Assembly: GCA_963707985.1 (NCBI GenBank)
Contig: CAVPRW010000042.1
Span: 160,001 to 224,000, forward strand
Source of the DNA: an uncultured Nitrospinota bacterium
Lineage (GTDB): Bacteria > Tectomicrobia > Entotheonellia > J063 > CAVPRW01
Length of the DNA: 64,000 nt
Reading direction: 5' to 3'
Part shown: positions 41,268 through 50,833 of the stretch, piece after piece
How the letters are laid out: every line of letters starts with the position of its first letter
Numbering within the stretch: the first letter of the stretch is position 1
The notes under the pieces: generated by a model
What the model saw: only the letters and a program-made list of their open reading frames with translations
Database searches by the model: none
Told to the model about the DNA's origin: nothing
Program-made: the position numbers and the translations under genes

Positions 41268-43699
41268 ATGAAATCAAAAGGCATGCTCTTGATTATGGCT
41301 GTGTTAGTTTCAGGCTATATACAGTCTTCGTTAGCCAACGATAACAATAGCACTGGAACACAATGTTCTCCAGCCGAGAATGAAACGCTGGTGAAAGGCT
41401 TTTTTGAGTCATTTGTTAACGGTACTGCGAGAGAATATATTCAGAACAATTTCGATCCACAGATCGAATATACAGTCATCGGAACGGAGGCAAACATTTT
41501 TGGCATCGATCGGGAAGCTATCTTAACCCACAGTGGACTATATGATGGAATAGAAGGGGCGATTTATTTTTTACTTGATCTGGGGAATTATGAAAGGGAT
41601 ACGCTGGGCTTCACGCTTCATGAAGCTTTCTGTCGTGGAGATTCTTGTGTGGCATTCGGAAATTTCCTCTTCTTTTCCCCGACAGAGAGAGGAGGCTCAG
41701 GGGATAATCCAGAGACCGAATGGGCGAGTCAGATTACGATGCGTAACTGCAAATTCTTCCGATATCACTTCCTTGAAGATAGTTACCCACGGTTCGCTCA
41801 TTTGTCGTAACCCGTGATAATTTCAAGGGTTTTCGGGTTACCTGAAACTGTTTTTTTGAGGGTCGGTCCTCAATATTTTCAACACCTTAGAGCAAAAATG
41901 AGCGAACCGACGGTAGTTATGCTGTTGCCTCTGGCTATCGCGACAAATCTTCGGGAATCAATTGGCGCCGGGAGTCTGGTGGCGCGATCAGAGATATAAC
42001 AACAGGAACGAATGGCGATGACACTATAGACAAGAGCGGAAACAGCCATCAAAATTTTATTTTTGGTTACAAAGGCGATGATACCCTCGTCGGTGGTCCA
42101 AATGATGATACCCTTTACGGTGGCGAGGGGACTAATATCCTAACCGGCAATGGGGGCCGTGATTTATTTGCTATCGGTGAGGATCAGGGAACAGCGATCA
42201 TAACCGATTTTGTCCAGGGCGAAGACCTTCTCGGGCTAACTCGAGGGCTAACATTCTCGGAGCTCAGTTTTGGGCCCACTGGCGGTGATCTTGAAATAAC
42301 ACGGGCGGGAAAGCGCCTGGCCATCCTACATGGAGCAGCGGACCTCGCTCTCACTGCGGCTGATGTGACGACTTTTCCAAGTCTTCCCGCGACGGTAGAT
42401 GTTGGCGGGGGATTCTTGATTGAAGAAGATCCCTTTGGTCCCTCCCCCCAAAATCCCAGTTTTGACAAACAGGCCAATGAGGAGGCCGTTGACAGCTTTT
42501 TAAATGTTTTCAAGCGGGGTGGAGAGGCAAACACCCTCGTGGCAGATGATGCGCAAATAACCGTCGCCGGCACAGAGTCAAGGCTCTTTGGGGCCGAACG
42601 GCATGCGGTCCTGCCGCACACAGGATTATACACAGGAAAAGACGGCATTCAGAATTTTTTTGGCATCTTCAATAACGAGCGGGAATTGCTGAGCTTCGAG
42701 GTTGACGCAGTCTACGGCAGTGGGTTTTCCGTAGCTGCCTTCGGTAGCTATACGTATCGTTCTCCCAGCGAGAGAGGAGGCTCAGGAGATATCGTAGGAA
42801 CTCAGTGGGTAGCCCGTTTCTGGATGGTGAAAGGCGATGGTGACGAGACGCATGGTGGACATCCGTTGATCTATCGCGCCCATATATATGAGGATAGTGC
42901 CGCTGAGGCGGCGGCTTTCCGCCATAAATTTGTAGACAGCCCCACAGTCGACTGGACCAGAGGCTTTATTGGAAGGCCCGAGAACTATCTCACCGGCACC
43001 ATTGGTGATGATACAATCATGGGTAAGGGCTCACCCGCTAACTTGCGCAATCGGCTTTTTGGCTATGCCGGAAATGACACCCTCATCGGCAGTGACGAGG
43101 ATGACTTCCTCTACGGTGGTGCGGGCGATGACCTCTTGATCGGCGGCAAAGGCCATGATGATCTGTACGGTGGCCAGGGCAACGATATTCTTATAGGCGG
43201 CGAAGGCGACGACAATCTCTATGGGAATGAAGGTGATGACATCCTCATTGGCGGTCTAGGGAAAGACATATTCATCTTGGGAAAAGGTCATGGAAGCGAT
43301 ACGATCCTGGACTATACAGATGGTGAAGACAAGCTCGGGTTGCTAGGGGACTCGACCTTCGCGGATCTGGTCATTACGCAAGAGGGCAACGATGTTACCA
43401 TCACAATTGCCGAGACAGGAGAGCTGCTCGCCACCCTTATCGGAGCCAACGCCAGTGATATCACTGCGGATGATTTTACCAAACGCACCGATTCGGGAGC
43501 AGAGATCAATCCTTGTAGGGATCTGCTCGACGAGCAGTTTGAGCCCTATGGGTTTAATGACCCCGATTATCCGGTCTGTGATCACCGTTTGACGGACATC
43601 CCACCGATGGATGAAGAGGGTGCCCCCACTGTAGCCGAGAAGGGTAGTCTGAGCGGCATGCTGTCGGCTGCCAGAGCCTTGGCCGTAAGGGGGAGCTAG
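41268..43699 (+). pseudogene. Secreted protein with two [NTF2/SnoaL-like + RTX Ca-binding repeat] modules, interrupted by a MITE and a poly-T frameshift near 42060
   Basis: Signal peptide, duplicated 'HxGLYxG..G...F' and 'SPxERGGSGD' segments, GGxGxDxL nonapeptides; removing the MITE restores EDSY-AVASGYRD. Confidence 0.8.
41786..41913. mobile_element. 128-bp MITE with 18-bp TIRs and 6-bp target duplication
   Basis: TIR CCCACGGTTCGCTCATTT versus reverse complement CCGTCGGTTCGCTCATTT; TAGTTA at 41780-41785 and 41914-41919. Confidence 0.9.
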
Positions 43700-43809
43700 A
43701 CGCTGCTTGCCATCAACTCGTGGCTTATAAGAACAGAGTGAACGAGCAGCTCACGGATCCGCAGCGACTCGACTCCGCCTCCGCCAGTGAGTTGGTCGGG
43801 GCGGCCCAA

Positions 43810-44150
43810 TTATTCATGACCTCCTTTGGCTGCCCGTAGGGAATGAGGAGGTCGCCTCACAAGCGCAATGGCCGAGCGGGCACGGATCGGCATCCGCTTG
43901 CAGAAGGGGCTCGAAGACATCAACACCAAACTAGCGACTGTCGCCAGCGACATGGCGGGTGTTTCGGCCTGGGCGATGCTCGAGGCCCTTGGGGTGGGCG
44001 AGCGCAACGCTGCCGTCCTGGTGCAATGAGCGCAGGGGCGGCTACGCACGCAGCGCGAGTGATTTGGGCAGGCGTTAATTGGGGGATTGCACATGCACCA
44101 CACTTTCCTGATGACTGGGCATCTGAGCCACATCACCCCAGAATGTCTTG
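43810..44150 (+). pseudogene. IS110-family transposase remnant
   Basis: LQKGLEDINTKLATVASDMAGVSAWAMLEAL-like segment. Confidence 0.65.
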
Positions 44151-44302
44151 ACGAGACTGCTATACCATAGGGACAGCTTCGGGGAGGACATCGAAGTCAG
44201 GAATAAAACAGGCTATTTCCCCTGGTGTTGCGCCCCGAGGATCATTGCCTTCAGTCGGGGCCGTGTCGCAAGGAACGCCCGGTGAATGAGAGGAGGTGGC
44301 AC

Positions 44303-44593
44303 ATGGCTGCGTATGTAATTGGACATTTGGAGATGCGGGATCCGTCGTGGCTGGCGGAATATGGACCGAAGACCGCAGCATTGGTGGAGAAACATGGTGG
44401 CAAGTTTCTGATCAGGGGCGGGGCCATGGAGATGTTAGAAGGCAAGGGCAAGCTCCCGAGCGTCATCGTCGTCTTGGAGTTTCCCTCCTTGGATCATGCC
44501 AAGTCCTGGTACAACGACCCCGAATACGCGCCGCTGATCACGCTGCGTCGAACCGGCTCTGACTTGGAATTAGTGCTGGTGCAGGGGGTCTGA
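44303..44593 (+). CDS. DUF1330 family protein
   Basis: KHGGKFLIRGG..E.LEG and VVLEFPSLD.AKSWYNDPEY; RBS AGGAGG. Confidence 0.92.
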   Translation: MAAYVIGHLEMRDPSWLAEYGPKTAALVEKHGGKFLIRGGAMEMLEGKGKLPSVIVVLEFPSLDHAKSWYNDPEYAPLITLRRTGSDLELVLVQGV

Positions 44594-45154
44594 ATCGAAC
44601 CACAGGAGCAACTGTGGTTGTTGTCAAGCACAGCGGATGGACACGCGAGGCGAGCATGGTTTTCCCCCACCTGCGCACTGAGCCGCACGTCGAGCGACGG
44701 CTTGACCAGCACCTAGGGCCCGGAGGAGTCATGGCCGTCGACTTCAACATGGTCATCAATAGTGACCCGGGCCTGTTTCGACTCGGCATCTGCAGACGGT
44801 TGGAGCGGGAGAGGCCGGAGGGCCGGGCACTCGAGCGCTGCAAACAGCGCTTGGCGTGAGCCCGGCGTCGACTGCTGCCAAGGCTCTGGGCAATTTTGCG
44901 GTCGATCCGCCCCTGGCCCCATGTCAGACGCAGTCCTGCAGTGACGTGACGCCTGGGTCACCTCGGTGCAGGCATCTGCTCCTCCCGCCTGGTCTGAGCA
45001 AGGTGCAGCTGACCGATGGGTTCGCCCGGCGTCGCCGTCGGCTGTCTCCCCCGTGCCGTGGTGGCAGGGTTTCGCTGGAATCAGTGGCAGCGTTCGCCCG
45101 GCATGGAGGGCAAGTTTGCCGTGGAATACGCAGTTAGCCGCGCGGCCAGGCCTG

Positions 45155-45914
45155 TTGCAGCGCTCCAACATCAAACTGGCGGTTGCCACTAACGTTTTGG
45201 GGGTGTCCGGATGGGTAATGCTGGCTTCGATGATCGATGGGCGGGTAGACCCAGCCATGATGGCCGAGTTGGCCAAAGGGCAGCTGCGAGTATGATTCCC
45301 CTACTGGAGCAAGCATTGACCGGGCTCTGGCGTAAACATTGCCGCCCTTGCTGACGATCCGACTGGCCCATATCGACTTTCTGGACAAGCGGGTTGACGC
45401 CCTGTGGCCGAGATGACCAGTACCCCAATGGACCTGAGTGAGGGCGAGCCTCCTGCCGCGAGGGCCGACTCCTCCCAGCCAGCTGCGGTTTTCACGGCCC
45501 CGGCGCTGTCACAGACGTCGCTGACCTTTGCGCGTGCCGTCAGTATGCTGGATACCATTCCAGGAGTCGACCAGCAGGGGATGGAACTGTTGGTGGCAGA
45601 GTGGGGCTCGGACAGAGGGCGCTTTGGCACCGCGGGCCGATCTGACGCCATTGACCCACGACGCTGTGCGCACCAAGGGGACTATCTTGTCGGCCTTGTA
45701 TCACCGCGTGGCCGCCCACCTGGGGAAGAAGAGGGCGATTTTGGCGGTAGTGCACACCACGGTGGTCAGTGTTTTCCATCTGCTCTCCATGTACGGCCCG
45801 TATCGCGAGTGGGAACCTAACTATGTTGACCACCGTGGGTGCAATCAGCTCGTCGACCAGTTGGCGCGGCGCATTGCGCGCCAGGGGGGTATCGTGTACG
45901 CGGTCAACCGATGA
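45155..45914 (+). pseudogene. IS110-family transposase remnant
   Basis: NIKLA..NVLGVSG..ML, AELAKGQLR, LDTIPGVD and LSALYHRVAA..GKKRAILAV.H. Confidence 0.75.
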
Positions 45915-45963
45915 CTGCTGTCTAGGCTCCTCATATCTAGGACAGTCAAATTGGAGAGGTCTG

Positions 45964-46929
45964 CTAAAAATTGTATATTAATCTGGTTGAAAGGCGGAAT
46001 CCCTCGGGGCGATTTTCGGCTGCGAACTCCCAAAAAGAATTGACCATGAAGGTAACGGGCCCTTTATTATAGACCATCCCCGGCCCAAGGCCGATCACAC
46101 GCTCCTTACTGTTTTCGATGTCACGGCCTTTGAGCTTATTGTCGGTGATCTGCTGGAGGGCATAGCCGTTTATTCCGACCCGGAATCCATACGGCAAGCC
46201 GTAGGATGCTGCATAATTCACGTAGTAGATTTGGCCGGGCTGGAGGTGGGTGTCGGGGTTCTCGGTGCAGTAACGCCACTGGTGGCGGAGACTGATCTCT
46301 AAGTCCAAGTAGGGCAGAAACCAGAGGGTCTGGGCGTAGTATGGCGCGAAGCTCCAGAGGTTGTCGCCCGGATTGAATATGAAGCGTTCGTCGAAGTCTC
46401 CGGTGGGAGCAGTGATATGCACCTCAAAACGCTGGTAATAGGGCATTCCAAAGAGTGTGCTATCATTCCACTGAAACACCGGCGAGAAAATAAAATCTCC
46501 CAGGCCGCCCGTATTTGAATCGGAGTTGAATGGGGTGCTGACACTGCCCGCCACCACAGGGACGATGACGTCGAGACCAAGCTGGGCCCCTGTTAGAGGC
46601 TCATTGAGCTTGGGGAGGAAGTAGAACTGATGCGTGTTCACCAGGAGACTTACCCGATTCCGCCCGGGGAGGTCGTTGCCGTTAGCATCCGTAAACGTCG
46701 AGGCATCCCAATACTGTACAACCTCGGACAAGATGATCGCCGGTCCTACGTATCCCTTCGGTGGCGCCCCCGCATCGGCAAAGCTCGTGAACCCCAAGTT
46801 CATCCCCGGCTGATTGTATGCTGAGGCACCCGATGGAACAAGTATCATAGCGAATATGCTCACAACCGCGACAAGATACCTCGCCTTTCCTGTCAGAAAC
46901 TCTTGCACAGCAGCTAGGATAGTTCTCAT
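45964..46929 (-). CDS. SphA / phenol-MetA-pathway family outer-membrane beta-barrel
   Basis: Signal peptide, GLGD, APTG.FD, N.G.N.W, YALQQITD, LGPG, NRPEG and C-terminal Phe. Confidence 0.85.
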   Translation of the reverse strand: MRTILAAVQEFLTGKARYLVAVVSIFAMILVPSGASAYNQPGMNLGFTSFADAGAPPKGYVGPAIILSEVVQYWDASTFTDANGNDLPGRNRVSLLVNTHQFYFLPKLNEPLTGAQLGLDVIVPVVAGSVSTPFNSDSNTGGLGDFIFSPVFQWNDSTLFGMPYYQRFEVHITAPTGDFDERFIFNPGDNLWSFAPYYAQTLWFLPYLDLEISLRHQWRYCTENPDTHLQPGQIYYVNYAASYGLPYGFRVGINGYALQQITDNKLKGRDIENSKERVIGLGPGMVYNKGPVTFMVNSFWEFAAENRPEGFRLSTRLIYNF

Positions 46930-47354
46930 ATCTTTTCTCCACGCGGATGATAGATCGGTCAGCTGGATTGCTTGGTCGGAAGACGTGGGTCAGAATTGCG
47001 CCCTCGTAAGAAGCTGGTGGCGAATTGCGGCAGCAGCACGTTGTAGGCCGGTCAACACGGCGCATCGAGCGAGTGGGGTATCGCGCGGGCCTGGAGCCAG
47101 TGTCTGCTACGCAACCAAGTATTTTCACCATAGTCATAGAGAGCGGGGCAATCGTCCCGAACTCGGGATCGATTCCCCGAGGATGACGAGCTATCCGAGG
47201 TTTAAGGAGATCTCGTCATCGTTTTCTTCAGCCGAACCACGAGCGGATGGACCGATGGCGATACCCACCGCGGCCCCAAGCATGATCGAAGATAGTCTGA
47301 GCCTGGGTGTGAGGGCCAGCAAGAGCGACACCATGAAGGCAACGGCGTCTACAG

Positions 47355-47783
47355 CTACTCAAGGGGCGGTGGGTGATCCTCATCCACGTAGCCCTGACTG
47401 ACTTCCACAATATTCCCCTCTGGGTCACTCATCCACACCGTCTGCCAGCCGGGAATAAAATCATCAAAGCGCAGCGGCCCCAACGTGATCCTGGCCTCGT
47501 CGCCCATTTCCTGAAGCTTGGCCACGACATCGTCTACTTGAAACGACAGGTGCCGCCAGCCGGGATATTCCGGCCCGGCGCCGCCGGCCGGGGGCACGGG
47601 CGATTCGCCCTTCGCCTGAAACAGTTCCAGGCACACGCCGCCTGACTTGATGAAGACGACCTGCTCGGCGCCCAAGGAGACGACCCGCGCCCGCCTGAAG
47701 CCGAAATGCCTGCTGTAGAACCGCTCTACGGCAAGGGGGTCCTTGCAGGACAAGCCAATGTGGGCAAACTCTAGGGAAGCCAT
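47355..47783 (-). CDS. VOC / glyoxalase family protein
   Basis: HIGLSC.D...ERFY..HFGF, LELF, HLSFQVDDV and DPEGNIVE motifs. Confidence 0.9.
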   Translation of the reverse strand: MASLEFAHIGLSCKDPLAVERFYSRHFGFRRARVVSLGAEQVVFIKSGGVCLELFQAKGESPVPPAGGAGPEYPGWRHLSFQVDDVVAKLQEMGDEARITLGPLRFDDFIPGWQTVWMSDPEGNIVEVSQGYVDEDHPPPLE

Positions 47784-47799
47784 CGCTCATTCTCCTAAG

Positions 47800-48369
47800 T
47801 CATTGTTCGGTCAACAGCTCGATGATCCTGCGCGCCAAGAGGTGACAATGGGCTCCTGTGCGCGCGGTTACAAGGTCGTCGTCAACGACGACGTCTTCAT
47901 CGGTGTAGATAGCGCCCATATTCTTTACGTCGCCGAGCAGGTTGTTATGGGCCACCACCCGCCTGCCGCGCACCAGTTCCGGCGTCGGAGCCACGAGCCA
48001 CAGACCGTGACAGATGATGCCCTTCAGGATGCTCTTCTCCGCGAAAGCCCGCTGGAGAAACACGCTAGCCGGCGGAAGTTTATTGATATCCTCAGTGTAT
48101 CTAAGGCGGTCAGACACGATCGCCGACGGCACGATGATGGCCGCATAGCTCCTTAGGGTCGCATCATCCATGTTCTCAAAGCTTTCATGGCATTCAAACG
48201 GCACCTTATACTCGTGCCCGTAGAAAGTCAAGGATGGCTGGTCCCATAGTCGGGTTAGGAAATGCAATTCCACACCTTCTTCGGGAAACCGATGCTCGTA
48301 GTAAAAGATCTCCTTTTCATAGAAGTCGCTTTCGATCAGGATTGCCATCTTTTTCCCTTGAAGTTTCAT
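47800..48369 (-). CDS. DJ-1/PfpI family protein
   Basis: DFYEKE, IICHGLW and DVVVDDDLVTAR motifs. Confidence 0.88.
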   Translation of the reverse strand: MKLQGKKMAILIESDFYEKEIFYYEHRFPEEGVELHFLTRLWDQPSLTFYGHEYKVPFECHESFENMDDATLRSYAAIIVPSAIVSDRLRYTEDINKLPPASVFLQRAFAEKSILKGIICHGLWLVAPTPELVRGRRVVAHNNLLGDVKNMGAIYTDEDVVVDDDLVTARTGAHCHLLARRIIELLTEQ

Positions 48370-48476
48370 TCACCCCTCCCCGTCTCTATCCCATGTTAGA
48401 CCTTTCCTAGACGGCACAACACGCCCGGCACGAAGAGCGGGTCAGAGCGGGCATGCACAAACCCTTTGACCTTGAT

Positions 48477-49307
48477 TCAAGCATAAGACCCATCGGGGTA
48501 ACGAATCACCCCAGCATAGTGGACAGCGATTTTACCAGCGATGAGCACCCAGCTGTCGTAGAAGCTCATAGCGACAGTCGAATCGTCCATGGTGGTCACG
48601 TCAACGCTCTCTACGATCATCAGGGCATTTTCGGTCTCTGCCCATTGGTCGATCTTGGATGTTAGACTTTTCAGCCCCATAAAATTCCCGCTGAAGAAGT
48701 CCCGCAATTCGCTATGTCCCCTGACATAGCGGGGTTTGCGACCCTCGGTCAAGGTGCCAATGAGCAGGGCATCTGGGGCATATTGGTTGAGGATGCCATC
48801 GACATTTTTGGCTTTGATGAAACCGATATGTTCCTTGTAAAGCCTCCCCAGCATGGTATCGGGCGGCTCGCTTTTCCGCGGTGCGGCACCCTCGGGGAAG
48901 CCGGTTCCATCTGCATACGTACCATCCGGGTAGCGCACAGTGCCCGCGAAGTGAATGGCGATTTTGCCATCCTTGAGATACCAGTTATCGCAGAATTCCA
49001 TCGAACCGGTCGAGCCATCAGTACCGGTTATTTTGATCTCTTCGACAAGCATGAGAGTGTTTTCGGTCTCTGCCCACTGGTTGATGTCGATCTCAAGATC
49101 TTGTAGGCGAAAGATGCGACTCCGGAAGAACTCCTCGAGTTCCTTGTGGCCGCGTACATAGAGAGGCTGTCGATCATCGGTCAGCGAACTGATGAGGATA
49201 CAATCCTGGGTATACTGATTGAGCAAACCATCGACATTTTTGGCCAGAATAAAACCGATATGCTGCTGGTAAAGCCTCCCGAGCGGTGAATCTGGTGGTT
49301 TTCCCAT
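48477..49307 (-). CDS. Tandem NTF2/SnoaL-like domain protein
   Basis: Two internal repeats (PPD..LGRLY..HIGFI.AKNVDG.LNQY..D ... HxAG..RYPDG.YA). Confidence 0.75.
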   Translation of the reverse strand: MGKPPDSPLGRLYQQHIGFILAKNVDGLLNQYTQDCILISSLTDDRQPLYVRGHKELEEFFRSRIFRLQDLEIDINQWAETENTLMLVEEIKITGTDGSTGSMEFCDNWYLKDGKIAIHFAGTVRYPDGTYADGTGFPEGAAPRKSEPPDTMLGRLYKEHIGFIKAKNVDGILNQYAPDALLIGTLTEGRKPRYVRGHSELRDFFSGNFMGLKSLTSKIDQWAETENALMIVESVDVTTMDDSTVAMSFYDSWVLIAGKIAVHYAGVIRYPDGSYA

Positions 49308-49407
49308 GATTAGCCTCCGTCATCGCAATGCTCAACATGGGGCGATGATCATCCCGTCCTCAATGCTGTCATGACGTGACATGTCACATCTGGACTTGCT
49401 CTGTAGG

Positions 49408-49776
49408 CTAGCCTATCTTGTGTGCAAAACTAAAGTGGTAGGCAATCATCTTCTCCCTCATAGACCAGGCATCCCCTACCACCCATTTACCAGTATTAGA
49501 GGTAAAGATAGCCTGGAAGGAAATGGCGTCTGCTGTCTCCGCAAAATCATAGAGTGACTCGACATTGATCGCACCTTGCCACCCAACGTATGTGTGAAAA
49601 AACGCTTTTAAGGCTTCACGACCTCGAATAATATGCGGCGGAGGAGTAGCCAAGATATCGAAGGGACTGATGAGAACGGCGTCCTCCCGATATTGCTTGT
49701 CGATCATACCATCGATATTCCCAGCATAGATATATGCCATATGTTCGTCGAAAAATTGGCGTCCAGGTGTAGCCAT
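49408..49776 (-). CDS. NTF2/SnoaL-like protein
   Basis: GNIDGMI..QY.EDAVL and IRGREALKAFF; RBS AGGAGG. Confidence 0.75.
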   Translation of the reverse strand: MATPGRQFFDEHMAYIYAGNIDGMIDKQYREDAVLISPFDILATPPPHIIRGREALKAFFHTYVGWQGAINVESLYDFAETADAISFQAIFTSNTGKWVVGDAWSMREKMIAYHFSFAHKIG

Positions 49777-49877
49777 AATGCCATTCCTCCTTTGAAAGGT
49801 GACGGGTGGGCTGATGGCGTGGGATAGTATGCCGTTGTTTGACATCCGACTACCAGCTTTGCCCTTGCAATCAGTGT

Positions 49878-50756
49878 TTACTGAGGCCCCGCCCGCTCGA
49901 ACGCGCGTGTGATCGCTCGGGCGATCAGCACTTGCGTCAGGTGAGCTCGATACTCGGCCGAGGCATGTAGGTCAGCCGTGAAGCTCAGCTCCTCGTCACG
50001 CACGCGCTTGGCCGCCGCCGCAATATTGCCTGCTGTGGGCTCGTGGCCCTCCATGGCGGCCTCGACCGCCCGCAGCCGCGCTGCCTGGCTGGCCGCGCCA
50101 GTCACAGCCACACGGCATTGTCGAACGAGGCCATTAGCGAGCGGCCTCACTGTCGCGGCGATACCGCAGATAGCATAGCCGCTGGCAGGGTGCTTGAACT
50201 TTTCGTAGGCACTGCCAGTGCCGGCCACATGGGTGGGAAAGTCAATCGAGGTGATAATCTCCCCCGTAGCGAGGCTTGTTTGAAATGGTCCTCTGATCAA
50301 GTCCTCGGCTGGTATCCCCCGAGGGCCCTCGGGCCCGACGGTGTTGATCGTCCCCTCAAATGCCAGGACGACCGCTGGCAGGTCGGCCGCCGGGTCATTG
50401 TCAGCAAGGCTACCACCGATCGTGCTGCAGTTACGAACCTGTGGATCGCCAATGCTTAAGGCAGCTTCGGCCAAGGCATGATAGTTCCTCTTGAGCTCCT
50501 CGGAAGCGGCGAGCTCAGCGCAAGTCGTCATCGCACCGACACGCAGGACACTATCGGTTTGTCGGCGGCCAATCCCGCGCAAGGCGTGGAGGTTGCGCAG
50601 GTCTACCAGTAGGGAAGGTGCCAGGCGATGGAGCTTTATCTTGGGCATCAGGCCGTGCCCACCCGCCAAAATACTGGCGCCCACATGCTGGCTAAGCAGG
50701 CTCACTGCCTCTTCCAGGCTATCAGGGGCAACATAATCAAAGTGAACCGGCATCAT
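49878..50756 (-). CDS. Xanthine dehydrogenase family FAD subunit (CoxM-like)
   Basis: FDY.AP.SLEEA, AGGH, IGDPQVRN..TIGGS, DPAAD and SAEYRAHL motifs. Confidence 0.92.
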   Translation of the reverse strand: MMPVHFDYVAPDSLEEAVSLLSQHVGASILAGGHGLMPKIKLHRLAPSLLVDLRNLHALRGIGRRQTDSVLRVGAMTTCAELAASEELKRNYHALAEAALSIGDPQVRNCSTIGGSLADNDPAADLPAVVLAFEGTINTVGPEGPRGIPAEDLIRGPFQTSLATGEIITSIDFPTHVAGTGSAYEKFKHPASGYAICGIAATVRPLANGLVRQCRVAVTGAASQAARLRAVEAAMEGHEPTAGNIAAAAKRVRDEELSFTADLHASAEYRAHLTQVLIARAITRAFERAGPQ

Positions 50757-50833
50757 AATAGCTTAATCCCCTCTGCGGCCGATAAGATTGACTAGGGACG
50801 ATCGACGCATTATACACATCCTTAACGCTTGTT

